A stretch of DNA of 63,538 nucleotides, counting the filler, from Folioceros fuciformis (lineage: Eukaryota), in assembly GCA_049999805.1 (NCBI GenBank). It is 9 parts of 9 records of this genome, joined end to end, with 100 filler letters (N's around TTAATTAATTAA, not from the genome) between each part and the next. Parts side by side here need not be neighbours in the genome. Positions count along the whole stretch, not along the records: positions 28,356 to 38,606 come from JBNGIO010001114.1; positions 38,707 to 41,416 come from JBNGIO010001116.1; positions 41,517 to 48,788 come from JBNGIO010001117.1; 6 more parts are not named here. One strand, 5' to 3'. The position numbers and the translations under genes are program-made. Below are positions 34,500 through 46,773 of this stretch, one piece after another (the stretch's first letter is position 1; the number at the start of each line of letters is the position of its first letter). Under the pieces are notes generated by a model, which was not told the origin of the DNA, did no database searches, and saw only the letters and a list, made by a program, of their open reading frames with translations.

Positions 34500-37320
34500 A
34501 TGGACAAAGATGCGACTGACGCCTCACAAAATGATGAAAATACACAATCCATGGAAACCGCAGTACATAAATTCTTGCATAGTCCCACATATTCACTACC
34601 ACTTTTAAATTTTATTGACGAAAATTGTAGCACATTTGATAGTTGTGAAGAAGACAAGCCTGAGTGTTATGTTGTAAGTATCAGCCCTGTTCCAATTTGG
34701 TCCATGAATATTACATTATGTTATCATGATTAAATATTTTAAATATATTCGGAAGAAGAACTAATGAGAAATAACTTCACATATTGTCCACATCTTGTTG
34801 GCTTTGATTAGGCTCATGAAAACTTCAAGCAGTTAGTTGATGGCCTCATATGTGACTTTGTTACTCATTTAGGAGTTCCAATACACCAATTTGTTGAAAT
34901 GCTTACAAGGTAATGTCTCCTCATGTTTGAAAATAAGTTCACCAATTCTTGAAAAAAAAATTAAAAAATAAGTATGAGAGACTAACCAAATCTTTATGTG
35001 TAGGCAATTGCAGTTGGATTCTTACAGTATAGTTGTGACATTCATCTTAACAGTGGAAGATTTTGTTTTATTTAAGGTATGAAAATTTGTAATCTTAGTA
35101 CAACATGTGTGTTTTAAGTAGAGTTTCAATTGGATAATAACACTTGGCTCGTAATAGGAAATGATGGTGAAAAGAAATGCTCAACTTTTAAATGAAACAC
35201 TAGCTCTTGAACAACTAGAACGATTGCATGGAGATAGATCAAAGTGTGCAATTGATAATGCAATCGCAACCATCCATGCTTTGCAAAACCCACGATTGCA
35301 TGCTAGAGAATTGGAAGAGGTCCTTCATCTTTCGAAGGAGGAACATTTGTATGAAAAGAGTTTACATCATGGTATGATGAGAAATGTTTGTTTTAAGAAG
35401 ATTGAGACAACTTTTTGTATGTGTTACAACTTTGTTCTTAGAACTAACTTTGAACACAGGGCTTTGTTGTAAAACTATGTAGAATTGAGTGAATCTCAGA
35501 AAAGTGAGTTTGATAAGGCTATGTGTTTATCTCTTCCAACATTTGAAGAGCAAAATAAGGTTTGTGTTGTGAGATGTCTTTGTAGATTGGAAATCTATCA
35601 AGAACCCAGTGAGTTGTTTGTGAATTCATTTAACATCTTGTGATGGGTGATTTGATGCAGGTAAAGGATGCGGAACAAGCTGAATTAGAGACGGCAAGTA
35701 ATTTGTAAGTTGCCTGGTTACTTACAATCATGATGTTTTATTTATGATCCATAACAGCATGTTATTGGTTGGCTTCTATGGCATAGTTACAATTTCAACA
35801 TACAGGTCAATTGCAATTGCAAGTGATGAGGAGCGTAAAAAGTTAGGCCAAGAAGTGAGTGGATCCACTTCTAGTTTGCAGAAGGGACAAGATAGCATAA
35901 TGGCTCCGCATGCGAACAATACATGTTGCATGAATGGGATTAGATGTAGGAAAAATTCGACAAATTGCGTGGCTGAAGGATGTGCGTTAGAGTATTGTTC
36001 ATGTGATGTAAACGAAGGGGAATGCCTTCTAGAATCGAAGTCGATGATGAGGCCCTTAAGTAGAGTTGAACCAAACGCTCCAATAACAACTTCCAGGAAT
36101 ATAGAAGTGAGGCCTACAAGTTTAGAGGACATCATGAGGGACTTGAGTCCAGATGAGGCTCAATTGAAATCAAGCAAAAAACTATTGACAATCGTTGTTG
36201 ATCCTGATGTAGAAGAAAGCTCCACCCCACCTAGGATGGGGTGCAAGGTTACGATTGACAAATTCAACATAGATTTCTGTGCTGAACAAACAGAACTTGA
36301 AGAAATTGATCAAAAAGCTGAAGATCTAGAAAAAGAACCTGACAACATTATTGAAGCCCCGGAACAACTTACAAGAAGAAAGATCAAGTAGAATATCCTT
36401 CATCATATAAGATCCGTTCATGTCACAAGATGTGAAATCTTCTCATTTTGCATCACTTGTGACATAGGGATTGTGACCGAGAGGAGCCTGGATTATGTGG
36501 TCATGAGGACTTTTGCTGTCGGAGAGAAAACATAGAGCATATTGAAGAAGCCCATGATATCACAGCAATAGAAACAAAGTAAAATTGCTTATAAGTGTAC
36601 ATTCTTGTACTCATTTTGGATGCTTACTCCATGATTTCATGAAGATTTGCTATTGAAGAATGAGATGCCCACAATTAATTCTGTGATTCGCACAGTGCTA
36701 CAAGTGCGACAATAGAGTATCCTTGGCTCACACAAGACACCCAATCACAGGTAGCCTATGTCCACGTTTGAAATAAGCATCCCTTGTATAGTGAAGACGT
36801 AAAACCCTAATCTCCCAATCCTGCAATGCATATGCGTGCAGGAGGACAGCCTAAGGGTCATAACGCGAAGACAGTATTTGAAGACACAGAGGGATAGAAT
36901 TATTGCTCAGAAGAAAGGTAACGTAGAAGCGCAGCTTCCCGGAGTGGAAAACTGCACGTGAGTGAGTGCCTTGTCCTTGATGTAAAAGTGATGGCAAAAA
37001 CTTGATCTGGCAGCTGTGAGAGATAAGAAGATGGCTGGCCTGGAAGGAGACAAGGACAACTTGCGAGTCAAGGCATCTCTGCACCGCACAAAACTATTTG
37101 CCAAACCTTCCCCAGAAGACATCGAGGTAACAAGTGGATTGACTGCACGTCTCCCGGTTGCACATCGCTTGCATCTTCCGGCCTCCCGATACCGCCCACC
37201 TGGCTTTTGCAGGCCAACAGGAAACGAGAGGCTCTGAGGAAGGAACTGGCCCGGTCGCTGAAAGAGGAGCTCGCTAACAAACAGCTGAGCAGCTCCATGG
37301 ATTTGTTATCCCTAGCGTGA
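34500..37320 (+). CDS. CFAP36: Cilia- and flagella-associated protein 36 (BART-domain, CCDC104-like), multi-exon
   Basis: BART-like N-terminus (FLHSPTYSLPLLNFIDENCSTFD...EEDK, HENFKQLVDGLI, TVEDFVLFK-EMMVKRN) and C-terminal motifs RRQYLKTQRDRIIAQKK and KREALRKELARSLKEEL. Middle exons not fully resolved. Confidence 0.75.
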
Positions 37321-39251
37321 TGTCCGCCTCCACGCTCATTAGCCCTGCGCCACAGCCTCAGAATAACAAAAAGTGGTGTCCATCACGTAACGGTTTTTCG
37401 TTACACTTTTATCACTTCTCTTCTCAAACGCTTGCCCTCTCATCTGCCGTTGCCTTCCCTGCTTCGCGTCCCTTCCCCGTTTGCCTCCCTTTCAAACCGG
37501 TTTTCCCAGGTGCCGAAAGTATCGCCGCGAAAAGCCAGCGAGGCTCGGCGGACCGAGCCTTGGCGTACGGTGTGCGTTTGTGGGCGACGCGAGCTTGGAA
37601 TATAGTACCACAACCCAAGCGACCGGTCAGGACAGGATGCAACAAAGCGGAGAGAGCTCGTCAACCGGCGCCAGCCTGGCACAAGAGCCGGTAGGGGACG
37701 GGGTAGTCATCACTGGTCAAGTGAAGCAACCTGCCACGTCGGCAGGTCCAGTCCAGTCACGTGACTGCGGCGGGGCCCTCCGGTCGCCGACCTGCTGCAG
37801 GTCCAGACTGGACCAGCGAATCAATGTCGCCGTGAGGCCGGAGCTGGTATTGCCGGCCATTGCAGTTGCGCCGTGCAGGGTCGGATGGATTCGCCGCGGC
37901 CTGGAAAGGCCCAGACCAGGCTGGGTTGGTCTGGACGGGTGGCGGGCCGCCGACTATAAATAGCGGCCCGGGTTTCTGGGCCGAACCTAACGCTGGGCGC
38001 AAAGCGCGCGGGCGGCCCTGCTGCAGCTTGGTTGTGTGCCCGTCACCCGGGAGTCTTCTGCTGGGATCGAGCCGGCGCTGATCGCTCGGCCTTTTCTAGG
38101 AAGGAAGGATTCGTGAGAGCGCGCGGCTGTGCGGTGGGTGTCGCCGGCGGCGGAGCTCATGGAGATGCGGGCCGGGTGAGGAGGAGGTGAGTGTGGCGTG
38201 GGTGACACGTTTTGTGATTGATGTTTCACGGTAGAGGATGCGCGGGAAGAGAAGGCGGGGGCTCGGGTGTGGTGCTTCTGCTTGGTGTGTGCAATTGGTG
38301 CTCGGCTCTTGGTTTCTTGGGTTGCGGTGGCGAGTTCTGGTGTGGGCGGTGGCTTATGCGAGTTGATTAGGTTTGGAGGGAATCGGAACGCGGAGTTTGA
38401 ATGTGCGGGACGGTTCCTTGTGTTTGAGGTTTGCGGCGGCGGAATGTAACGATGTATGGTGTGGTTTTGCATCGTCGTGTGTTGTAGGGGGCTATGGTGG
38501 AGGGTGGCGGCGAGAGTGACAGTGAGATGCCGGTTTGTTGATGGCGCTCAGGCTTGGGACGTAGGGGCGGTGAGGTTGTGCTCTGCTCTGCTGTACTGTG
38601 CTGGAGNNNNNNNNNNNNNNNNNNNNNNNNNNNNNNNNNNNNNNNNNNNNTTAATTAATTAANNNNNNNNNNNNNNNNNNNNNNNNNNNNNNNNNNNNNN
38701 NNNNNNGTGTGAGGATCCCCAACACTGAAATTGCAAGTGCAACTCCGACTGCGACTGCAAAGGTCCAGTTCGTTACCTTGCTCCACCAGTTGTCCCAACA
38801 CTGCCACTGCGACGCAACGGCCCGCTCATCTGCAATACAAGATTAAGTGGCCCCCTTACGTTAGATCAAAGGTGTGGGCGAGCACGGACAGGCCTTCGAC
38901 ACAGCACTCTCATGATGGACCCACTTCAATCACCGCCCTGTTTGCTGCGCTCGGCCAGTCCCCAGCTCCAAAGGCTTGAGAGCCTGGTGTTGCAGTCCTG
39001 GTCGATGCTGGGGGAATCGCATTTGCTGCTGGCTGGGCCTCTGCTTCAGTTCAGGCACGAGGCCAGCTTCAACTTTACAGGTCCGCGACGGGGATCAGGT
39101 CTGGGGCACTTCATTCTGCAACATTGTAACAAGATTTGCGCAATTTAAGCGATCACGAAGCTCTCCGTTGCTTTTTGTGGTTTGCTGTCTCGAGTCCTGT
39201 GCTCTCAGGCTTGAGCGATGCCAGCCAGCCCTTTCGGATCGGTACTCTTTC

Positions 39252-39830
39252 TCACAGTCGGGGAAATATTAAAGAGTCACGGGAAATGGTTGGATCTTTG
39301 TCGATTCCCCCGAGCAGGAGCAATCTGAATGTGGACGTGTGCGTGTGCGTGTGCGTGTGCGTGTGCGTGTGCTTGTGCTTGTACTTGTGCTTGTCCTTGT
39401 ACTTATACTTGTGTGTTCGCGGAACCGTATCCAAAGCAGCCAGCTGCTCATTCACCCAGGCGGGCTTGTGCAACTTGTTTAACCAGATGTAGAGGAGCTG
39501 TTGGGCGTGGGTTTGCCGGCAGTTGGGCCGACTGAGGCCATGTCTAAGCTGCCTGTTATCCCACCCGGGCGCGGGATGCTGAAGCGATCGATTGTCGGAG
39601 ACTCCACAAATGCTCCTGGCGAGCAGGACTGTCGGTGGAGGGCGAGGGCAGGGCGGTTGGGTAGGCCTCCACCCTGTTGCGCGCGCGGGGGCGCTGGAAT
39701 TGTGGCCCAGACGCTGCAACCTGAGGACGCAATCCTTGATGCTTGTGTGCAGTGAGGGCAACGAGTTCCGTGGCCCCTGTGGATGTGAGCATGGCTCATT
39801 GCAGCACACCGGCGAGGGCCCATCATCCAT
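39252..39830 (-). CDS. 192-aa ORF carrying a divergent PDF motif homologous to the PPR N-terminus, without PPR repeats (gene or remnant)
   Basis: WDNR...IWLNKLHKPAWVNEQLAALD aligns to WWDNR...LWLNSVFKPAWVDEQLVALD at protein and DNA level (~39430-39490 vs ~32970-33030). Confidence 0.45.
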   Translation of the reverse strand: MDDGPSPVCCNEPCSHPQGPRNSLPSLHTSIKDCVLRLQRLGHNSSAPARATGWRPTQPPCPRPPPTVLLARSICGVSDNRSLQHPAPGWDNRQLRHGLSRPNCRQTHAQQLLYIWLNKLHKPAWVNEQLAALDTVPRTHKYKYKDKHKYKHKHTHTHTHTHTHTSTFRLLLLGGIDKDPTISRDSLIFPRL

Positions 39831-42049
39831 GGCTGCATGTCATCCTGCCAACATTGTTCCCTAGTGCGCTGTGTACGGAGCATGCTTTTTTGTGCTCTGG
39901 TACACGGCTGTCAATCACTTCCTTGGAAGCTGCTGGATGGCAGGGTATGGCATTGCGTGTGGACAACCATGACGTAGCATGACATAACATAAGCTGAGCT
40001 AAGCCAAGCCAAGCCAAGCTAAGGGAAACAAACAACCATAAACATATCCAATCCAATGCAATGCAATCCCATCCCCAGAGACAATGGAGGAGGAGGAGGA
40101 GGAGGAGAAGAAGCTGCTGAAGCAGAACAGAAGAAGAAGAAGAAGCAAGGACACAAAGGAGGAGGAGCGAGGAGGAGAAGAAGCTGCTGAATCAAAACAG
40201 AAGAAGAAGAAGAAGAAGAAGCAAGGACAAAGAAAGGAGGAGGAGCAAGGACGAACCACCATCCAAGAGAAGTGAAGACAAGAGCAGAGCAAAGCATAGC
40301 ATAGCATAGAAGAGAAGAGAAGCGAAGATAAGAGAGGAAAAGAGAAGCTAAGGTGGTGCCATATGGGATGGGCCTCCCTCCCTGTCGTGTCGCCAGGCTG
40401 TTGTGGATTTTGGCGGGATCCGTCTCTCCTTTAACATTCTATTTCTTTATTCAATCTTAATAATAATAATAATAGTATATTATTTTTATTCTGAGTTCAG
40501 TAAATTTAATACGTGAAATGTAATCCCAATTCACTTTGGTCTCCAGGACAATCAAAGTACATATCTATGAGAGGTGAGCCAATGTCCTATTATTGCTTCT
40601 TTTTTTCCCTTTTTTTAGTTAAAAGCTTGATATTATTATTTTTCTCTCTTTCTATTGTTATTATTAATGACATATTCTTGGTTGGAGCCAGAGGAGAGGA
40701 GAGGAGAGGAGAGGAGAGAGTTTTCATGTCCACACACTCCATGTATGTATATATAAAAAGAAATACCGCATCAGGGTTCTTGTCACATGATAGATTTTTG
40801 TACAACATCATCAAAAAAATCATGATTAAACCGTTCCAGCAGCTACCATGACACGCATCATGTGTCGTGTGCACATGTTCTTTTACTTCCTTCAGGGTTT
40901 TTCAAGTACCCAGTACCAGTACCAGTACAGCAACAATTGCAGCAGTAGCAGGTTATCGTTGGACTTTAACGTTCTCTATCAAAGTTGGTTAGTTAGTTAG
41001 TTAGATAGTTAGTTATAGTCCCGGTTGGTTGCTCATGAATACTCAACCCACTGGATGGAGCTAGTCAACTAGGTACCAATACTACCTTCCATGCCTCACT
41101 CACTCACTCACTCAATATCTTATCTTGTTATTCCGTTCCATTGGTTCCTTTCAACTGGCTTGGCTTGGCTCCATTCCGTTCCGTTCCCTTCTTGATTATG
41201 AAATAATTGGTTCGAAAATGATGTGATACATTGTTTCAAAAGGGCTTAACATAATGCGTACATATGTTCCAAGATGACAACTTTGCACAAGAACTCCAAA
41301 CCCCTTGCTTCCCCTCAACAAGACACTTGAAGTATGTACTCTACAATAACTTCTCATGTTATGTTCAATCCTTTATGAAAATCTTATGGCTGATCCATCA
41401 GCCACCATGTGGTGTGNNNNNNNNNNNNNNNNNNNNNNNNNNNNNNNNNNNNNNNNNNNNTTAATTAATTAANNNNNNNNNNNNNNNNNNNNNNNNNNNN
41501 NNNNNNNNNNNNNNNNTTCTTCATTCATGAACTCTACGTTTACAAGATATAATTTTATCCATAATCTGACATGAGGAGAATTACAAGACTCATGTCAATC
41601 TCTATAATTTTTATTGGTTCTTTTAACCATAATATGAAAAAAAATTGGTGCTACATATTGCATATCTATCTACATCCTGTTTTTGTTTAAATACAGAAAA
41701 AATATGATATAAAATAAGTCAAATAAAAATTAAAAATCATATAGTTTTCTCATTTTAATATAAATAGTATACACATAACAATAGGACTTTGATTTCCAGT
41801 GACTGTCAAATTTTGCTTTGTAACAGGTATATAGTAAAGGTCCAGTGTAAGATGTTCTCATTCCACACAGAAAGACTTGGATTCAGACTCCCTGGTGCTT
41901 TCAGTGATAGCCGATCCATGTAGAGTATGAGTGTGCTCAGGGGTAGTCCCCAAAGCAAGTTCACCCACAAGAAGCAAAAAAAACTTCCACACTGGCTTGG
42001 TCTCGGTCTCCTCAGGGTGGACCTGAGTCCTCTCGACATCCCATCCACC

Positions 42050-44190
42050 TACAGGCCTCTGCATAGGCATTGGCCATGGACACCCACGAGGACACCAGCA
42101 GCGGGTCCAGCCTAACAAGTCTTTGAAAACCACTAGATGGACTACATCCCCGTGACATTTGCAGGCATTCCAACAAAGCATTCAGTCCCATTAAATCATG
42201 CATTCAAAGCATTCAACATCACTTTGGCCCTCGCACGATAGGAGCCTGCTCTCAGCGTCATCAAGTAGCCTGCACGCCCTAAAAGATCAACCATGCAGGT
42301 GTAATGCTCGAGAGTAGGTTTGATGCCATGCTGCTCAGACACTGAGTTAAAGTGCTTGCGACCCTCCTGGGCCAGTCCTTCGGTACCGCGTGCTACTAGA
42401 AGGCAAATAAAAGTTAGCACCATCAGGTTGAATACCGGCAACTATCATCTCCTCAAAACAAGAGAGTGCTCTGCGACCATCATCACAAGTACCATACTCA
42501 GACATCAGAGCCGTCCGTGTCACCCCATTTTGCATTCACGTCCCCCAGGAAGTTGCGCAGTATTACTTTGCCCTGCAGTCCTCGTTCCATAATATGAGAG
42601 TGTAGCTACCTGCTCTTCTGTAAGGTACCAGTGTTTCCACAGGCCTTCAGAAGGCAAGGAAAAGTAACATGGTCAGCTACCATCAAGGGCTCGTCCTTCA
42701 TTTGTGTCTGAGCGCTGAGCGCCTCATGTCTGAGCCCCTTGCTTGACTTACCCATCAATCAGCGCCGCCCATGTTTACCACATTCCTAGAAGCCATGCTG
42801 TCAAAAACCCGGCGTGAATCTGTTAGTTCACCATATTTTGCATACATGTTCACCAGACAGGTGCCCGCGAGTATGTCATCCAGCAGTCCTCTTTGACAAT
42901 CGGCGAGTGCAGCTGCCTGCCCTTCTGTATGTAATGCATCAGTGCTTCCACAGGTCTTGAGAAGACAAGGAAAAGCAACACGGTCAGCCACAAATGAGGC
43001 CCTCTTCCTCCATTTATCCTGACAGAACAAGCGCCTCCTGGCTGAGTCCTTGCTGTGCAAACCCACATGTCACGGTATTCCACGTCACCACATTCTTTGT
43101 GGGCACACTGTCAAAAACCTTCTCAGGCATACTGCAGTTCACCACACGTTGCATACTATACATTTCTACCAGGCAGTTGCCGACGACCAAGCTGGCGGGA
43201 ATGCCACTGCGCAACACAAACACAGTGCCCTTTTCTGCCAGATTCCAAGTCGGTGGCAAATGCACCAGCGTGAAGGGCGGGTACAAAGACGTGACCATTC
43301 GCCTTCACTCCTGACGTATGCATCTCATGGCAGAGTTGTATGGCCTCAAGGGGTTTCAGTTGTATGGCCACACGTATAACCAGATGGTTTGCCTACCCTG
43401 GTGAACACATCCATGGCCTCCTCTGGTCTACCTCCACACGCATCCATCCATGTGCAAGTCATGGTCCCCCACGTATGCATCCTACTCATACCCAACATTA
43501 ACACAGAGGTCATGAACTTGAACTCCCCAGAACCAAGTCCTTCTTAGCTGTAAACAGTTTCGCCACAGTGCAGAGCAGAGACTGAAGAGAAGAAGCAAAT
43601 TCTGCTTGCGCCAGAGATTCCAGAGCTCCAACTGCCGCAGAAACTTCACGTGCTGACATGACGTGTTCAGGTTACAGCCGTAACGAAGCCAACTTCCAAT
43701 CCTGCACGCCTGTCAGGTTCAGGCTTATCCGCAGACCTGGACTCGGAAGGAGGGCGCCACGACCGATCTGTAGCTCCAAGGAAACGGGCTACTCATCACT
43801 GTAAGCTGCCTTGAATATGCTGTTTAACTACACTACCTGCCCGGATTCCTTGCGACGGAAGTCAGGCGAATGGGTGCTATTTTTATCTCGTCTGGTATCT
43901 CACTACGTGGTCGAGTCCAGACACAGTTGTTGACGCAAGTGCTCCTGCTCCTGGCCACGACCATCGTTGGAAGACTCGTCCCAACCCACACATTATCTCG
44001 GAAGTGGAAGTGCTAAGCTCCTCAAACTTCAGCACCATGGAGGCTTCGTTTTCCAGGAGTTCTACCGTTAAGATGAGGTGAGCAGTAGCTCCTGATAGAA
44101 TCCCTGTAAACACATCGCTTCGCTGGTTCCACAGCGAATCCGATCGCCGTACTGTGGCCATCGTCCAGGACCCGCTATCGGAAGAAGCTG
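42050..44190 (-). pseudogene. Decayed paralog of the PDF-PLS-PPR gene (PDF, shortened PLS array, P2L2S2, E1, partial E2; no DYW visible)
   Basis: Colinear DNA similarity to ~30000-33390 (e.g. EGLAQEGRKHFNSV..HGIKPTLEHYTCMVDLLGRAG, ALSCFEEMIVAGIQPD, MANAYAEA), with many frameshifts and stops. Confidence 0.9.
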
Positions 44191-44398
44191 AGTCTATCAC
44201 CAGAATCTGTAAGGATAACCAGGTAAAAGCTCCATACAATGACCACGACACCGTGATCAAGAAGAGGGCAGACGGTCTTTTATTGGGTGCTAAATCCTTG
44301 GTAGAGAGTGCAAACATGGCTGTCCACAACGTTGTTCTACGTAACTGGCGAGGTGGAAAGAAGCAAAAAATTGAAAATAAGTTTTGTTTGCGTAGTTT

Positions 44399-45763
44399 CT
44401 ACATCCCTCTTTGAGATGCTTCACCTGCCAATCCAAGTGGCAGGGTCACGGTATGCAGGCAAACTGCCAATATGACGGTGAAGATCACTGGCATCCTGAT
44501 CAATGCCAGCAGACGCGTCTGCAGGTGCAACCCAACAGAGCGAACTACTTTAGAAGTCTGAGTAGCCGTAACACTCAACAGAACATCCATCACATCCATT
44601 ACTAATTGTCTATTGCTGGGCACAGACAGAGTTTGGGACAGTCTACTACACCATGAGGGAAGATCTTCGTCTCTGTGCACAGCGGCTGACGCTTGGTTTG
44701 TGTTTGTGTCTTCGCGAAAGCTGGAGATCTCACCCCTTATCCCAGTGCTCTCACTTCCGGCAGGAAAGCTCGACGATGGCTGGCTTACACACACCTCGTG
44801 TATTGTAGTTATCAAAGTCCGCACTGTAACACCGCTGACTGATTTCAACATTTCCTCCAAGGGCTCGCGGTAGTCAGGTTTAGTCACAGCTGCAGCAATG
44901 TCCTCAAACACGTTCACATGACTCGTTTCCTTGAGGTAAACCGTGACAGCCGTTCCTACAAAGGTCAAAATACATCCAGAAATGATGGCTTGCCCTCTAC
45001 TGCCGCTGACTATGTCCAAGATGCTTTCTGCAGTGCATCCCCACATCAATCCGTTCCGTGTTCGCTCTTCTGAATCCTCAGACATCGGATCGATTCTGCC
45101 CGGTGACCTGTCGAATCTGCAATTCAGTTGATGCGATTGGTCCCTTCTACTGGACTCCATCCCTTCTAACACTCCAATAACAACATTCCTCGCAGCAGCC
45201 CCGACCACTGCAGAGGCAAACCCTGGATTGGCAAGATGCCTGAGAACCTTGTCGGACAATCCCTCCTGTTGCTGTTCGCTGTCCTCGCCGTTCTCTGACG
45301 GAATTGGCGGGCCTTGGGATCGCTCATCCCTGGAGGCAGGGTGAAGCGGATCCAAAGCTCCTTGAATCAAACATCCAGTCACCGCCACGACCGTCTCCCG
45401 GAAGTCCTCAGACCTCCCCAGCTTCATCACTTGTCGGAAACTGCGGGGAATTTCATTATTCTCAGTAACCAAGAAGGAACGGAGGTCGTTGCACAGCAGG
45501 GCCACGCAAGCGCTGGCTTCGCGCACAGCGTCCGCAGCATCAACTGACGCAGCAAAGAGTCGCCGGCTGGCTACCGCCAGCGGCGAGATGTATATCCGGT
45601 AAGAAGCATATCCACCAACAGCCAAAGCAGCACAGCCCATTAGAAGATGCCATCTCCGCCGGCGCATCCAAGCAGGCGGACCTCGCCCTGCTGGTCCCCA
45701 GACTGTCTGCCAATATGACAAGAGACGAACATTGGCCTCAATTTCGGGAGTACGATTCCACAT
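44399..45763 (-). CDS. PHLOEM PROTEIN 2-LIKE A10 family protein, intronless
   Basis: RRRRWHLLMG...GGYASYRIY, NDLRSFL..EIPRSFRQVMKL, GFASAVVGAAARNVV, FVGTAVTVYL.ET..VNVFED and SVPSNRQLVMDV. N- and C-terminal hydrophobic segments. Confidence 0.8.
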   Translation of the reverse strand: MWNRTPEIEANVRLLSYWQTVWGPAGRGPPAWMRRRRWHLLMGCAALAVGGYASYRIYISPLAVASRRLFAASVDAADAVREASACVALLCNDLRSFLVTENNEIPRSFRQVMKLGRSEDFRETVVAVTGCLIQGALDPLHPASRDERSQGPPIPSENGEDSEQQQEGLSDKVLRHLANPGFASAVVGAAARNVVIGVLEGMESSRRDQSHQLNCRFDRSPGRIDPMSEDSEERTRNGLMWGCTAESILDIVSGSRGQAIISGCILTFVGTAVTVYLKETSHVNVFEDIAAAVTKPDYREPLEEMLKSVSGVTVRTLITTIHEVCVSQPSSSFPAGSESTGIRGEISSFREDTNTNQASAAVHRDEDLPSWCSRLSQTLSVPSNRQLVMDVMDVLLSVTATQTSKVVRSVGLHLQTRLLALIRMPVIFTVILAVCLHTVTLPLGLAGEASQRGM

Positions 45764-46773
45764 GAAGCCAGAACCGTGTTCCCCCCTTCACCCCCTTCCT
45801 GATGCCGACCTAAGCCCCTCCCTCGCCCTCATCAAGATCACGCTAAGCACTGCCGATTCCAGCAATCCCATCGAGGCGATGGCATCTCAGCTGGTGACAG
45901 CCATGCTAATTTCCTCCTCAAACAGTTGCAACGGATCCATCGCTCCATCTCCTCCGCCTCATCCAGCTCAAACAGAACGGAAGGTCGATGTCTGCACATG
46001 GAAGCTCCTTGCCACCTCAACCCGATGATGACGACGAGGAGATGGAACTTGGGCCGGGCTGTGAAGAGGAAATGACGGGCCCTGCCAGGCAGGCACGAGC
46101 AGCGCGGGCTGACCGCGCAATGGATACCATTCCGCGTCGGGATGGTATCCGTGCCGCCTTACGGTTTACTTACGGTTTAAAGAATGTCGTTCTTAGCTTT
46201 TTTAGCCTTAGTTAGGAGGCAGGAAAGCTTTTAAAAGATTCTTTCGTCTCCAGGTTCGAACGGAACGCACGACTGTTATCTCACATGCGAAAGCCTTAAC
46301 CAAGGAATCCAGCACAAGAGAATTCTGTCAAAGTCCAATAACGAAGGATTATTTTGCGTCATTTTTTCAATGTACTGATCGAAGCTCGGAAGAGATACTT
46401 AATGTCTGCTCAGAATATGAACGTACATTTGGAGTAACGGAGACTTGAATCAGTCAGTCCTCGTTCCCAAACCCACTACAGCAACTACCTACCTCTTTCC
46501 CACCTCGACACGACTCGCGACTCACGACTCACGCCTCCGAGTCGCATTGACGGCATTTGGAGGACCTCTCTGGCCGCCGCTTGGCCTGTTAGCCTGGCCG
46601 CTTGCTCCTCCGTCGTTCGTGCGTCGCATCAAGGCGGACCGCGCATGCGCACAACCCTGCTTCCAGGGGAGTGAAGGGTTTATGGTGGGACGCACACGTC
46701 AGGTGCCTCGGCCCTCCCAGTCAGGGGATCTAGCAGGGTGGGGCTGGTTCGGAGAAGCTCCTGGTTGCAGGCC

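Noticed and set aside
35690-35710. GC-AG intron donor in CFAP36
   Set aside because: The downstream canonical GTAAGT donor at ~35705 restores the frame, so no non-canonical site is needed.
37950-38606. TATA box (CTATAAATA) and possible first exon of a plus-strand gene
   Set aside because: Cut by the gap, with no identifiable coding sequence to anchor it.
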